64,000 nt of DNA from an uncultured bacterium (GCA_964512995.1 CAZELM010000019.1:12406-76405); one strand, 5' to 3'. Shown: positions 32,140 through 43,420, numbered from the stretch's first letter. Numbers and translations are program-made. Notes: generated by a model not told the origin, from the sequence alone.

Positions 32140-32407
32140 ATTTCATCCTGTATGGTGATTACAGTCTGGCGATAACCCAACCTCTGTATCGATCATCGGC
32201 GCGGTGTCAGAATCGACCGAAGGATTCCACAACACACCTTCCACCGGCGAAATCATACCACGGCATCAAATAAATCGAAAAGATATATGGGGCAGGTTTC
32301 CGCATGATCTTGTGATTGACATTTTTTCCCTGATAATGGATGATGATGGATATGGGAGCTGCATAGATCTATCTAAGATGAACGCACTGAAAAGAAAGGA
32401 AATCCGC

Positions 32408-32617
32408 ATGAAATATGGAGCAAGAAACAACATATCTGCGAAAGTGATCTCGATAAAAAAAGACGAAATCATGTCTTTGATAAAATTTGAGATCACCGGT
32501 CTGTCGGAGATGGCATCTGTGATCACTTCGGAATCCGTAGAAGATCTGGAACTCCAGGTTGGCGATGAAGTCCAACTGATCATCAAAGCGATCCATGTTC
32601 TGCCCGCCAAGAAATGA
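32408..32617 (+). CDS. Mop (TOBE) molybdate/tungstate-binding domain protein
   Basis: MKYGARNNISAKVISIKKDEIMSLIKFEI...SVITSESVEDLELQVGDEVQLIIKAIHV matches the Mop consensus (SARN.L.GKV...V...IT.ES...L.L.VGDEV.A.IKA..V). Confidence 0.65.
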   Translation: MKYGARNNISAKVISIKKDEIMSLIKFEITGLSEMASVITSESVEDLELQVGDEVQLIIKAIHVLPAKK

Positions 32618-32873
32618 ACTTTCACATTTCTTGGTTTGCTCTTCACCACGGAAGGTGACTTTCCCGGTTCATCGTTTTTCCATGTCTCTTCCTTGAATCT
32701 GGGCGAGATCAAATGATTTTGCGTTACACTCTCAAGGGAGATGGTTTTGTGTGATCAACTCACAGGACCTGCTTAACCTGAATTGAAAGAATCCGGACCG
32801 ATTGTCGTCAGTTCCAATATGAATATCACAGCAAATCATCAGGATTGACTGCGTTACTCTGGAGGAGAGTTTT

Positions 32874-35800
32874 GTGGAATACCTGTACGATGCTCTGACT
32901 CACATGATGACTCTCCCCATCAAAGTGTTTCATTATCAAATTATCAAAAGGCATCCGGAGTTGTTACACGAACCAGGCTCAATCGTACTGGAAGAGCTGC
33001 GGTCAAAAGCGATCAAATGCATTTCCAGCAGCTCTCTGAAAGCACTCTCTCGATTATATGCATTGAAGGACTTGTTGGAGAGATGCCGGTCGATGGGCGT
33101 TCTGAGAGGAATATTCGGAGCCGGAGAAACAAAGATACTCCCACAGATGCTGAAATATCCTGCGGACATCGAAAAACGACTCTATGATATATTTGCTACT
33201 GATCAATCACGGGATATCGATGAGCGAATTTCGTACATTGAGGGCATTCTGCTGCGACTGGATATAAACTATCACAGATTGTTATGGATCGAGTTGCATC
33301 AGCACATTGCGTTATTGCTTCTTCAACGTCTGGACCGAACCCAAACACAGAGTTTTGACGACGCCATTCGATTATGTAACTTGATACTGCAATGGTGTCC
33401 GGTGACCTTCAGCCCATATATCTGGGCGGATGTGAAAGAAATCCATGCTTATGCGCTCCAAAATATCCAGATTGGTATCCGTGTCGAAAATATCGAAAAA
33501 TCACTCGCGATTCTCAATGATATTCTGATGGTTCGAACAAAGGGCTCGCTTCCTTTGGAGTGGGCTCGGACGATGATACTGCTCGGTAATGGCTATCAGA
33601 TACGCCAGCAAGGTTCCCCCTCTGAAAACCTGGACGCTGCGATCAAGGCGTATCATGATGCATTGACTGTTTTCACGCGGGAAACGATGCCTTATGAGTG
33701 GGTATCGGGAATGATCAGTCTCGGCTCTATATATATCTATCACCCCAAGCAAGGGCGTCCCGAAGATCTGGAACTGGGGATTTCAATTTTCGAGAAAATA
33801 CTGACAGTTCTTACTCCGGAAATGGACGCCAATGAATATGCTCGAGCTCTGTTTTGTATTGGAGAAGCCTATCAGAAATGGCAGGCCGGTGATCTCGCAA
33901 ATATCCGGGAACGCTCCATCCGGGCGTATCATACAGCCCTGAAGGTCTGTCCCAAAGAGACAGCTCCCGTGAATTGGGCACGAATAAAAAGTCGGCTGGC
34001 CACGGCCTATACCAAACGACTGATCGGTGACCGTGCCGAGAATATTGAAATTGCCATTGCATTGTATCAGGAAGCATTGGAAATCAGAGACCGGAGAACA
34101 ATGCAGGTTGACTGGGCCAGCACGACCAATGATTTGGCTAATGCGTATTATTTCCGGGAACGCGGGGAGAGAGCAGACAATATCGAAAAAGCCATCGAAT
34201 TGTATCACAAGACGCTCACTGTACGAACACTCCGGTCCACACCCGATGACTGGGCATCTACGATGCATAATCTGGGTGTCGCATATCGAGAAAGAAACTA
34301 CGGCTCCCGAAAGGAAAATCTTTTAAAAGCAATCGAATGTTTCAATAACGCGTTGAATGTAAGACAAAGGGATTCCGCACCGGATCACTGGGTGTACACA
34401 AAATACAATCTGATTCTGGCCAATTATGCCTACCATCAGAAAAGTCCTGATATAACCGCCCAATGTATTGACGAACTGGAGGAATGTCTCGGCGTATTGG
34501 CTCGGTTTGTTTTTCCAATCCGCAGGATAAACATGCTACGCGATCTTGCTGATCTTCTGATGGCAAATGAAAACTGGGAGAAAGCCGCTGCCGTTTTTGA
34601 AGAAATTCATGAAATAAACATCATACTAAAAGCACGCGAATTAACCGTGGAATCCCAGTCCGACCGTATCAGAAGAACAGACAAGATTTATGCTGCCGCA
34701 GCGTATTGCTATGATCGGCTGGGACGATTCGATCAGTCGATCTGCTGGCTGGAAAGAGGGAAAACGCAGGTATTACGGGATCGAACAGCCAAAGATCAAG
34801 CATTGTTCCACAAGTTACGACATGAAGATTCGATGCAATATCGTATGATATTAAAGAAGTTATCGTTTTTAAATGCCCAGATCGATCGAACGGATTATTT
34901 CGTTCATATTTCCGATATGATCAAACAAGCCCAGAACGAGCTGACCGCACTTACTGCACATATCCGGCAATATCTTCCGGATTTCCTGTCATCCGGAATG
35001 GATTACAGCAATATCAAGAATCTGCTCGCGATCGATGGAGCCAAAGCTTTTATCATATTTAACATCACATCATATGGATCATCGGTTTCGATTCTGGCTG
35101 GAAAACCCGACGATCCCATTGAACGAACCTTCTTTTTAAATCACTTTACGGAGATGTCATTGAAAGAGATTCTGGAACGATGGGGGAATGCGCATCGTGT
35201 GTTGGCGAATGAATTTCGAACGTGTTCGGGGATTACGGATCTCGATTTCGGGCGATCGGTCGAAATCAAAGAGTGCGCGATACTGGCGTGGCAGAACACG
35301 GTTACGAAACTGCTTCAGGAACTCTATGCAATGTTGTTCGTTCCAATCCGGCATGTTCTCGAAACCCTGAAACCCAAACAACTTGTCCTGATCACGCACC
35401 ATGCGCTACATATTCTTCCGCTGTATCTGATTCCACTGGCTGGATATGGCAAGAAACAGTATCTGATCGATTTCTATGAAGTCATTCAGGCTCCCTCTTT
35501 TCATTTCCTGCAATCAGCGCATCCATCTTCTGGCAGCTCCTATCGGTCTTTCATGGGTATAGGTAATCCGATCGGAGATCTCCCGGGAGCGGACTTGGAA
35601 ATCGAAATTGCATCGACATTTTTCAGGGAAGCCGAAATCATTGCCGGAGAAAATGCCACGATTTCTGTGATAAAGAAAAAAGCACCTGCATTTGATATCC
35701 TTCATCTTGCCTGTCACGGTGTTCCGGATCTGATCGATATCAACAATTCTTATCTGTTGTTGGCTGCGGAGAATACTGAACAACGACCGATCAGTCGGCG

Positions 35801-36359
35801 TGAGGAAACACGTGAGGGAAGTATCCGGAGGTCATCGGATGGACTTCCGCTCCAGATCACCCGTGGTGCTGGAAATGGCGAAATAGAGACCATTTTTTAT
35901 GATTCAGCAGGCCATGTTCATACGCATCTGATCAAATACGAAGATGGACACATGTATCTTCTGTCCCCCGTCTCCAATACTCATCCCCGGGTCATCCTGG
36001 GTGAAGCCTGGACATTGCATGATATATTGCGAAATCTGACGCTTAACGAAACCAAACTGGTGGTATTGGCAGCATGTGAATCCGGACCGATCATCCTGGG
36101 AGCTCTGCCTGATGAATATATGAGCTTATCGGCTGGATTTCTGGCGGCTGGCGTTAGCACCGTCGTCCATACGCTCTGGGCGGTAGATGATTGGAGCACC
36201 TATCTTCTGATGCGCCAATTTTATCATTACCTTATCAATGAACATTTATCTCCCATCCATTCTCTGCGGAAAGCTCAACGATATCTCCGATCGATTCCGG
36301 GATATGAAAGCTTTTTCTACTGGGGAGCTTTCCAGGTTTCCGGAAGCAGTGATTCGTAA
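32874..36359 (+). CDS. TPR-repeat protein with a C-terminal CHAT (caspase-like) protease domain, 1161 aa
   Basis: Many 34-aa TPR-like units (A..Y..AL.V..RE..P..WA.....LG.AY). CHAT His in ILHLACHGVPD and Cys in LVVLAACESG. GTG start after a GGAGGAG Shine-Dalgarno. Confidence 0.75.
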   Translation: MEYLYDALTHMMTLPIKVFHYQIIKRHPELLHEPGSIVLEELRSKAIKCISSSSLKALSRLYALKDLLERCRSMGVLRGIFGAGETKILPQMLKYPADIEKRLYDIFATDQSRDIDERISYIEGILLRLDINYHRLLWIELHQHIALLLLQRLDRTQTQSFDDAIRLCNLILQWCPVTFSPYIWADVKEIHAYALQNIQIGIRVENIEKSLAILNDILMVRTKGSLPLEWARTMILLGNGYQIRQQGSPSENLDAAIKAYHDALTVFTRETMPYEWVSGMISLGSIYIYHPKQGRPEDLELGISIFEKILTVLTPEMDANEYARALFCIGEAYQKWQAGDLANIRERSIRAYHTALKVCPKETAPVNWARIKSRLATAYTKRLIGDRAENIEIAIALYQEALEIRDRRTMQVDWASTTNDLANAYYFRERGERADNIEKAIELYHKTLTVRTLRSTPDDWASTMHNLGVAYRERNYGSRKENLLKAIECFNNALNVRQRDSAPDHWVYTKYNLILANYAYHQKSPDITAQCIDELEECLGVLARFVFPIRRINMLRDLADLLMANENWEKAAAVFEEIHEINIILKARELTVESQSDRIRRTDKIYAAAAYCYDRLGRFDQSICWLERGKTQVLRDRTAKDQALFHKLRHEDSMQYRMILKKLSFLNAQIDRTDYFVHISDMIKQAQNELTALTAHIRQYLPDFLSSGMDYSNIKNLLAIDGAKAFIIFNITSYGSSVSILAGKPDDPIERTFFLNHFTEMSLKEILERWGNAHRVLANEFRTCSGITDLDFGRSVEIKECAILAWQNTVTKLLQELYAMLFVPIRHVLETLKPKQLVLITHHALHILPLYLIPLAGYGKKQYLIDFYEVIQAPSFHFLQSAHPSSGSSYRSFMGIGNPIGDLPGADLEIEIASTFFREAEIIAGENATISVIKKKAPAFDILHLACHGVPDLIDINNSYLLLAAENTEQRPISRREETREGSIRRSSDGLPLQITRGAGNGEIETIFYDSAGHVHTHLIKYEDGHMYLLSPVSNTHPRVILGEAWTLHDILRNLTLNETKLVVLAACESGPIILGALPDEYMSLSAGFLAAGVSTVVHTLWAVDDWSTYLLMRQFYHYLINEHLSPIHSLRKAQRYLRSIPGYESFFYWGAFQVSGSSDS

Positions 36360-36913
36360 TTACCGTACCAGTGGGGGAGGCCAGCGCACCTGACTATCCT
36401 CAGGCAGTTCCTGAGGATGTAACAGGACCCATGGAATGTGACCGGCATCGGAGGGAAATAAATACTCATCGAGCTCCAATTCCATCCCATTCAGATATGA
36501 AAACTCATTCAACAGATGCTTTTTCTGTAACATACGTTGTGTCTCATTCCCTAGTGTCTGTCATCCAGTAAAACCTGAATCTGTCTAATCGCACCATTGA
36601 TCCACTCCAACAGCGGTAGACAGTCGAAAAAATTTATATAAAGCCGAAGTTATCCGGCACATAAACGAAATTATCAATATCATAACGGCATGCAGGAGTA
36701 TTATTCATTGAACATTATTATATCAACAGCAAGATAAAAGTAAAGGTAATGCCAGACGAAGAACCATTTTCATATGCAGGCTTCCGCTCAAACCTGATTG
36801 GATTGATTTTAAAACACAACACGATATATAAAAAAAAGGACTTCAGTCAGACAAAAATGCGAGACCAAACCGTTTTTCAATAAACGGCGATATTGACGCT
36901 GACCAATTTTTAA

Positions 36914-37528
36914 GTGGAACCGAACCGAATGAGTGGAGATGATTCAGAAAAAAATCCATTGTTTCAAAGGCTATTGGAAGATTTCCCGGAAGCCTTCACC
37001 GAGTTTTATAACTCATACAAGCACAATGTCCTGAAAATGAATATCCGATTATTGCGCGATATCATGCTGGCTGAAAATGTGACAGCAGATTGCTTTTTAA
37101 AATTATACAAGGACCGGAATCAGATTTTACCCACTATTTCGAATATGCAACATCTGGTCGCCTTTTTTTATAAGATGAACAAAAACAGATGTCTGGATGT
37201 ACTTCGTCAGGAAATGAAGAGATCTCCGGAACCAGAAAAAGACTTTGGACGGGAGCGGGAAAACCGGCGAACTCATGGTGAACAACAAACCGCTCTTTAT
37301 GATGGCACCCGCGTCTTGTTATCGTTACAAATGGCCGATTGTCTGGCGAAAATTCCACTTCCGACACGTATGATTGTCATACAGAAAATCGTTTTTGGAT
37401 ATACGTTTATCGAAATCGCCAAACAGCTTCAGTATGCAACCAACAATCAGGGGATCAAAAAAGTGGAGCGAATTTTACGACAGGGGCTGGCTCAACTGAC
37501 ATCCTGTTTGAAGGGAAAAAGCAAATGA
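36914..37528 (+). CDS. Divergent ECF-like sigma factor
   Basis: Region 2-like AENVTADCFLKLYKD...HLVAFFYKMNKNRCLDVLRQ. Region 4-like RMIVIQKIVFGYTFIEIAKQLQYATNNQGIKKVERILRQGL. Confidence 0.5.
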   Translation: MEPNRMSGDDSEKNPLFQRLLEDFPEAFTEFYNSYKHNVLKMNIRLLRDIMLAENVTADCFLKLYKDRNQILPTISNMQHLVAFFYKMNKNRCLDVLRQEMKRSPEPEKDFGRERENRRTHGEQQTALYDGTRVLLSLQMADCLAKIPLPTRMIVIQKIVFGYTFIEIAKQLQYATNNQGIKKVERILRQGLAQLTSCLKGKSK

Positions 37529-38415
37529 ACCTTTCTCAGAACAATGATTATCCATCAGAATGTGGCACTCCGGAGATCAGACAGTTGTTGCTGTGCCATT
37601 CATCAACTGATGCATTTGAAAAACCACTGTTGACTCTGGATCCTGAAATTGTCGATCATATCACATCATGCCCGACATGTTTCCCACTTTATGTTCAATC
37701 AAATCGTGGTAAGCGCCATAAACAGGAACCTGAAATAGACACAAGCCGTCTCGATAAAAAAGTCCACCACCGGCTTCGCTGGATCATTCTTGAGGAGATG
37801 CTGGATCAACGTCTGAAGCAGCTCCAGGACATTATGCCATTTGCATTCTCAATGCCCGTGTCAGCAATTCTTCGCGGGATTTCTCCACCGCTTCCCGATA
37901 CAGAAATTACGAAAACTCCTTTTGATTTGAACGCCATCTATGCCACCATTGCGGAGCATCCACCCCGGATTTTTGAACTCAATCTATGCTGTCTGTCTAC
38001 AAACGTCCACGACCTGACACAATTACACTATTCCCGTGATCCCTATAAACCTGAAAGACTGGTCATCCGGTTACACGGACTGAATCCTGAACTCACAGAA
38101 TATGATGCGTACCTTGTATCGACACCCATGTTTCATCTCCAAGCGTTTACAGACAGCACTGATCCGGAAATTCTTATCGGAATTATCCGGGAGAAGCTGG
38201 AAAAGCTTGCTCAGGGTCCTGATCAGGCTATTGTAGATCTCTTCGCAGGAATATTCGATCAAAGCCTGGTAATCTTCCCGCAGATCAGCTCAGCCGGGGA
38301 AGGGAGTGACACCGGTTGTTTTGAATTTACCATCGATGCAGTGACTTCCGCCCTGCTGGCCAATACATCCAGACTGAATTTTCTTGTTTTTGGGAGTGAG
38401 TATCTGCTTGGATAA
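37525..38415 (+). CDS. Putative cognate anti-sigma factor (zinc-finger-like CPTC) or regulator
   Basis: ATGA overlap with the sigma gene. ITSCPTCFP motif; otherwise no recognisable domain. Confidence 0.35.
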   Translation: MNLSQNNDYPSECGTPEIRQLLLCHSSTDAFEKPLLTLDPEIVDHITSCPTCFPLYVQSNRGKRHKQEPEIDTSRLDKKVHHRLRWIILEEMLDQRLKQLQDIMPFAFSMPVSAILRGISPPLPDTEITKTPFDLNAIYATIAEHPPRIFELNLCCLSTNVHDLTQLHYSRDPYKPERLVIRLHGLNPELTEYDAYLVSTPMFHLQAFTDSTDPEILIGIIREKLEKLAQGPDQAIVDLFAGIFDQSLVIFPQISSAGEGSDTGCFEFTIDAVTSALLANTSRLNFLVFGSEYLLG

Positions 38416-38631
38416 ACAGTTTGATAGATGTCGGCCGTAAAACAAAATCCGGATTCGCCGCAATCATGAGCGATTTTGTATCCCGGAATTGCGGCATTCT
38501 TATTCCGGTGATCGAGTAACGATTAAAACGTATCGCTCATATCTCCAGCAGATGTCGCTTGTGTTGTTTCAATCGCTGCATAATAATTCATGTGGTGTTT
38601 ACGCATCTGGAATACAAACTGGAGTCACCGG

Positions 38632-39196
38632 AATGATTGAAACGCCTCGATTGCTTTTAAAAAAACACACACTGGACAATCTGGAAAGCTTGAAAAAATG
38701 GTTCAACGATCCGGAGTTATGTTTCTATGATGACGATGAACCCTTTCGATTCATACCGGGAGAGGCGATTTGGGAGATGCTTCAGGAAATGATACAAAAA
38801 GGTCCGGATTCAGATGGAACGGTCAAACACTTTGCCATTCACTTGAAATCAACCGATGCATTGATCGGATATTGCATGATCGCCATGATTGATCGGCATA
38901 ACCGGAGATGCAGTCTGGGACTGACGATCGGTAGCAAACATGAATGGAACAAGGGATATGCCAGGGAAGTCCTGATCGGTCTGCTGGCGTTTTGTTATTG
39001 TCAACTCAATATGCATCGGATTGAAGCGGAAATCTTTTCATTCAATCTTCGGTCGATCCGGTTGTTTGAAAGCGCTGGATTCAAAAGGGAGGGCATCCGG
39101 AGAGAGTCGGTATGGAAATCCGGCTCATTTTTCGATGCGTATCAGTATGGTCTTCTGGAGCATGAATGGCGTTCCGGCCAGTCAGTAAAAATATAG
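38632..39196 (+). CDS. GNAT family N-acetyltransferase (RimJ/RimL-like)
   Basis: LETPRLLLKK...W..D.E.....D... N-terminus and a Q/R-x-x-G-x-G/A-like motif (HNRRCSLGLTIG...KGYAREV). Confidence 0.7.
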
Positions 39197-39262
39197 TCAT
39201 CACCGGACTTCCCCCAAATGCATCTTTCCCATTACACTGATCCATCCGGGTGAATACAAAAA

Positions 39263-39311
39263 AGGTTCAATGACCGTCCATTCAGCGGATCATTAAACCT
39301 TTTTATTCCTG
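39263..39311. terminator. Possible bidirectional terminator (9-bp stem aaaaaggtt/aacctttttat with a large loop, T-runs on both strands)
   Basis: Located between the convergent GNAT and rnfA genes. Confidence 0.3.
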
Positions 39312-39331
39312 TATCAACTGGATACGATGGA

Positions 39332-39919
39332 TCAGAGCTTGACCAATCCGGCAAACCCCATGAAAGCCATCGACAGAATTGAAGCGGTAATCAATGCGAT
39401 CGGAATGCCTTTCAGAGAGGCAGGCACGTCTGCATAATCCAATCGTTCACGGATACTGGCAAACAAAACAATGGCGATCAAGAATCCCAGACTCGTTGAG
39501 ATAGCGAAGATAATCGAGACCAGAAAGCTGTAATTCTTCTGTACTGCCAGAATTGCAGTTCCCAGAATCGTGCAATTGGTGGTAATCAGCGGGAGATAGA
39601 TACCCAGGCTTTGGTACAGAGCCGGCATCGCTTTTTTCATAAAAAGCTCAACAAATTGAACCAGTGCAGCAATGATCAGGATGAATGCAATGGTACGCAA
39701 AAAAATCAGATCAAATTTTACCAGAATGAACCGATCAACAATCCAGGTAAATGCGGTGGATAACACCATGACGAATACAACCGCCAGGCTCATTCCGGTT
39801 GCCGTACTGATTTTCTTGGAAACTCCCAGATATGGACAGATGCCCAAGAACTGCATGAAAACGATATTGTTCACCAACATCGCAGAAATGGACAATAAAA
39901 TAATATATCCAAAGCTCAT
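39332..39919 (-). CDS. rnfA: Rnf electron transport complex subunit A
   Basis: MSFGYIILLSISAMLVNNIVFMQFLGICP is the conserved RnfA N-terminus; six TM helices. Confidence 0.9.
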   Translation of the reverse strand: MSFGYIILLSISAMLVNNIVFMQFLGICPYLGVSKKISTATGMSLAVVFVMVLSTAFTWIVDRFILVKFDLIFLRTIAFILIIAALVQFVELFMKKAMPALYQSLGIYLPLITTNCTILGTAILAVQKNYSFLVSIIFAISTSLGFLIAIVLFASIRERLDYADVPASLKGIPIALITASILSMAFMGFAGLVKL

Positions 39920-40539
39920 GATGACGCTCCTTTGTCCGCTTTACGCTGGTTGAGATAGGCAATGAGACCCATGAGATACCCCAATGTCAAAAACGCTCCG
40001 GGTGGCATGATCATGATCAGCAAAGAATTGAAGTGACTTCCAAATAGTGGAAAATTCATCCATGAGCCATTCCCCAGTATTTCCCGAACTGTTCCCATAA
40101 TAAACAAGGCGATGCCGAATCCCAATCCCATGCCAAATCCATCGATCAAGGATCGAACCACTCCATTTTTATATGCGAACGCCTCCGCTCGGCCGAGGAC
40201 GATGCAGTTGACAACGATCAATGGAATAAAAATCCCCAGGGAACGATAGAGTGCTGGAGTATATGCCTGAGTCAACATTTCAACAATTGTAACGAAGGAA
40301 GCGATAATGACGATAAAACATGGGATTCTCATCTTTTTGGGAATGATACCCCGAAGCAGAGAGACGACCAGGTTGGACCCAACGAGAACAAACGTCGTTG
40401 CGATGGCCATACCGAATCCATTCACGACATTACTCGATACTCCCAATGTCGGACAGGTCCCCAGTAATAAGACCAATACCGGATTACTTTTCCACAGGCC
40501 GTCAATCAGCACATTTTTAAGTGACTCATTGTTGCTCAT
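39916..40539 (-). CDS. rnfE: Rnf complex subunit E
   Basis: LIDGLWKSNPVLVLLLGTCPTLGVS.. is the RnfE signature; ATGA overlap with rnfA. Confidence 0.9.
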   Translation of the reverse strand: MSNNESLKNVLIDGLWKSNPVLVLLLGTCPTLGVSSNVVNGFGMAIATTFVLVGSNLVVSLLRGIIPKKMRIPCFIVIIASFVTIVEMLTQAYTPALYRSLGIFIPLIVVNCIVLGRAEAFAYKNGVVRSLIDGFGMGLGFGIALFIMGTVREILGNGSWMNFPLFGSHFNSLLIMIMPPGAFLTLGYLMGLIAYLNQRKADKGASS

Positions 40540-41099
40540 AATGCACCTCGATACTGCTTGAAAATCGCCAATCCTTTTTCCATTGCATGAGTAACCGCTC
40601 GGGATGTGATGGTCGCTGCAGTAATCGCATCCACATCTCCTGCATCCTTTTTGACTTTGAACTTGAAATTATCCAACGATTTCCCGATGAACTGTCCCCA
40701 AAAACCCTCCGAAGCGGCTTTCGTTCCCAGTCCGGGGGTTTCTTTTTGGTCCAGCATACAGAATCCGATGATCTTTCCTTCGTGATCGACCCCCATCAGA
40801 AACTCGATCCGGCCACTGTATCCCTCATTGGTGTGCATCTTGATCGCGGCTCCTCTGAACTGGCCGTTTTCATTGACAGCATATAATGTGTAGGGATCCT
40901 TATCGCTTTTTTCATCGGGTATCGTTTCTTCCTTGTATTCATCCTTCAGAAAAGGAACGACCTTTTTTAGAGCGGATTGAAGTTCCTGCTGCTTCACCTC
41001 GGCGATTCTATCCTTGGTAGCGGTATAAACGACGCTGAGGCTAAGGCCGACGAACACTGAGATCAGCAACAGTATGATAACATCCTTAAATCCCTTCAT
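40536..41099 (-). CDS. rnfG: Rnf complex subunit G (FMN-binding)
   Basis: Single N-terminal TM helix and ...DAITAATITSRAV (FMN-binding Thr motif). Confidence 0.85.
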   Translation of the reverse strand: MKGFKDVIILLLISVFVGLSLSVVYTATKDRIAEVKQQELQSALKKVVPFLKDEYKEETIPDEKSDKDPYTLYAVNENGQFRGAAIKMHTNEGYSGRIEFLMGVDHEGKIIGFCMLDQKETPGLGTKAASEGFWGQFIGKSLDNFKFKVKKDAGDVDAITAATITSRAVTHAMEKGLAIFKQYRGAL

Positions 41100-41108
41100 A
41101 GATCACCT

Positions 41109-42071
41109 CTAACCTCCAAATTTACGGACCTCGGTATATTTATCGATCAATGGTACCAAGGAATTCATGATGAGAATAGCAAACGATACTCCTTCCGGAT
41201 ATCCTCCGAAGAGCCGTATAATGCTTGTCAGAAGCCCGATTCCTGCTCCAAAGATAATCATTCCTTTACGAGTCAGCGGCGAAGTGACCATATCCGTTGC
41301 CATAAAAAAAGCACCCAGTACAGCTCCGCCGGTCAGGATATGGAACAATGGATCGGCATACTTACCCGAATCGACCAGATAAAAAATGCCGGTGAAGATA
41401 AACATGGAACCCAGCATGGAGATGGGGATCTCCCATGTAATGACTCTTCGGATCAGCAGATAAACAGCGCCGATGATCAGTGCAGCGGCTGAAATTTCAC
41501 CCAGAGATCCCGGGATAGTGCCATAGAAATAGCTGCTGAGACTGAAATGGGAGCGAACCGCTTCGATTCCTTCGGTTTTCAGTAATCCCAATGGGGTAGC
41601 GGTGGAAACGGCATCGGTCACGAAGTAAGTCGGCGTGGTCCACTGGGTCATCTGTACGGGAAACGAAATGAGCAGAAATACGCGAGAGACCAATGCTGGA
41701 TTGAACAAATTATATCCCAGTCCGCCGAATGTCTGCTTGGCGATCACGATGGCGACAAAACTGCCGATAAAAACCATCCACAGTGGAGACGTCGGAGGAA
41801 GATTCATCGCCAGAAGGATGCCGGTGATGATGGCGCTGCCGTCATACATTGTTTTCTTGATATTTGGTTTGCCCAACAACCGAAGGAGCAGACCTTCGAA
41901 CAATACGGATGTGACCACTGCTGCCACCACGACGATGAATGAATAAATACCGAACAAATAAAGGCTCAGTAAAATGGCAGGGATGAGTGCTATCACGACA
42001 TCGTACATGATCCTGGGAAGATCTTCCTTTGTACGAACATGGGGGGATGATGCGATGACAATGGGTTTCAT
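41109..42071 (-). CDS. rnfD: Rnf complex subunit D
   Basis: SSPHVRTKEDLPRIMYDVVIALIPA...MNLPP...AT...GG is the RnfD/NqrB-like pattern. The start overlaps the rnfC stop. Confidence 0.9.
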   Translation of the reverse strand: MKPIVIASSPHVRTKEDLPRIMYDVVIALIPAILLSLYLFGIYSFIVVVAAVVTSVLFEGLLLRLLGKPNIKKTMYDGSAIITGILLAMNLPPTSPLWMVFIGSFVAIVIAKQTFGGLGYNLFNPALVSRVFLLISFPVQMTQWTTPTYFVTDAVSTATPLGLLKTEGIEAVRSHFSLSSYFYGTIPGSLGEISAAALIIGAVYLLIRRVITWEIPISMLGSMFIFTGIFYLVDSGKYADPLFHILTGGAVLGAFFMATDMVTSPLTRKGMIIFGAGIGLLTSIIRLFGGYPEGVSFAILIMNSLVPLIDKYTEVRKFGG

Positions 42072-43420
42072 TTTCCGCTCCTTGACGCATTTCGAAAAAT
42101 CGTTTTTCCTATTCGAAGCCAGTGCACCAATTGCCGATGGGTCGGGCAGATATAGCTGCAAGTTCCGCATTCAATGCAGTCCATGATGTTTTTCAGGCCG
42201 TCGGGGTTGTTGAATTGAGCGGCCATCGCAAGTGCTGTCGGCATCAACCCCATCGGACAATGCGACACACATCGGCCACAACGGATACAGGGACCTTCCG
42301 GTTCATAGTGAATATCCTCATCTGCAAGCACAAGAATGCCGGATGTTCCTTTTGTCAGCGATACATCCAATTGGCGAACGGTTTTGCCCATCATCGGTCC
42401 ACCATTGATGACTTTGTTCACTCGGTCATTATCTTTGAATCCGCCTGCTCCGGCATTGACAGCATGCTCAAAGGTCGTGCCGATCCGGATTCGGAAGTTT
42501 CCCGGATTCTGTACAAAACCGGTAATGGTCGTCACCCGCTCCCACAATGATTTATTGCGATAAATCGCTTCATAGATGGCATAAACTGTCCCGATATTCT
42601 GAACCAGACAACCGACATCGAATGGGAGTTTTCCGGAGGGAACCTGTCGACCGAGCACAGCCTGTATCAGCTGTTTTTCGCCGCCTTGGGGATATTTCGT
42701 CTTCAACCCAGCGACGGTAATGCCGGGAAAGGAGTTTGAGTTCAGGCATTGTTGAAACCGGTCCATGGCATCTGGCTTATTATTTTCTATACCGATATAG
42801 ACGGTTTGCACATTGAGAATTTTCTGGATGATCTGAATGCCTTTGAGAATCTGTTCGGTCTGTTCAAGCATCAACTGATGGTCAGCGGTCAGAAATGGTT
42901 CACATTCTGCGCCGTTGATCAGAATGGAGTCGACCTTTTTGTCGGGCGGAGGGGATAGTTTTACATGCGTCGAAAAGGTGGCTCCTCCTTCGCCGACAAT
43001 TCCATGTTCCTTGATTTTGTCGAGCAGATCCTTTTGAGAAATGCGGTTGATATCGATGTCAGCCGGTTCACGGAATTTCAACGAATCCTGCTCTGTTTTT
43101 TCCTTATCCACATCAATAACAATGGTCTCCGCCATCGTTCCCACCGCGGTCATCATCTGCTGGATTTTTTTTACCTGACCGGACACCGAGCTGTGGACGT
43201 GGGCGGAGATGAATCCATCCGCTTCTCCGATTCGTTCCCCTACCGAGACATCCTGTTTGGCTTTCACCAGACACTTGGCGGGTTTCCCCAAGTGTTGGTT
43301 CAAATTGATGAATACAGTATCCGGCAGGGGGATTTCGGTGATGGATTTGTGCTCACTGATAGTTTTATTTTCCGGAGGATGCACACCGCCACGCTGAAAT
43401 GTAAATAATCTTATGGCCAT
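42068..43420 (-). CDS. rnfC: Rnf complex subunit C
   Basis: FQRGGVHPPENK N-terminus; two 4Fe-4S ferredoxin motifs (CIRCGRCVSHCP and CIECGTCSYICP). Confidence 0.9.
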   Translation of the reverse strand: MAIRLFTFQRGGVHPPENKTISEHKSITEIPLPDTVFINLNQHLGKPAKCLVKAKQDVSVGERIGEADGFISAHVHSSVSGQVKKIQQMMTAVGTMAETIVIDVDKEKTEQDSLKFREPADIDINRISQKDLLDKIKEHGIVGEGGATFSTHVKLSPPPDKKVDSILINGAECEPFLTADHQLMLEQTEQILKGIQIIQKILNVQTVYIGIENNKPDAMDRFQQCLNSNSFPGITVAGLKTKYPQGGEKQLIQAVLGRQVPSGKLPFDVGCLVQNIGTVYAIYEAIYRNKSLWERVTTITGFVQNPGNFRIRIGTTFEHAVNAGAGGFKDNDRVNKVINGGPMMGKTVRQLDVSLTKGTSGILVLADEDIHYEPEGPCIRCGRCVSHCPMGLMPTALAMAAQFNNPDGLKNIMDCIECGTCSYICPTHRQLVHWLRIGKTIFRNASRSGK

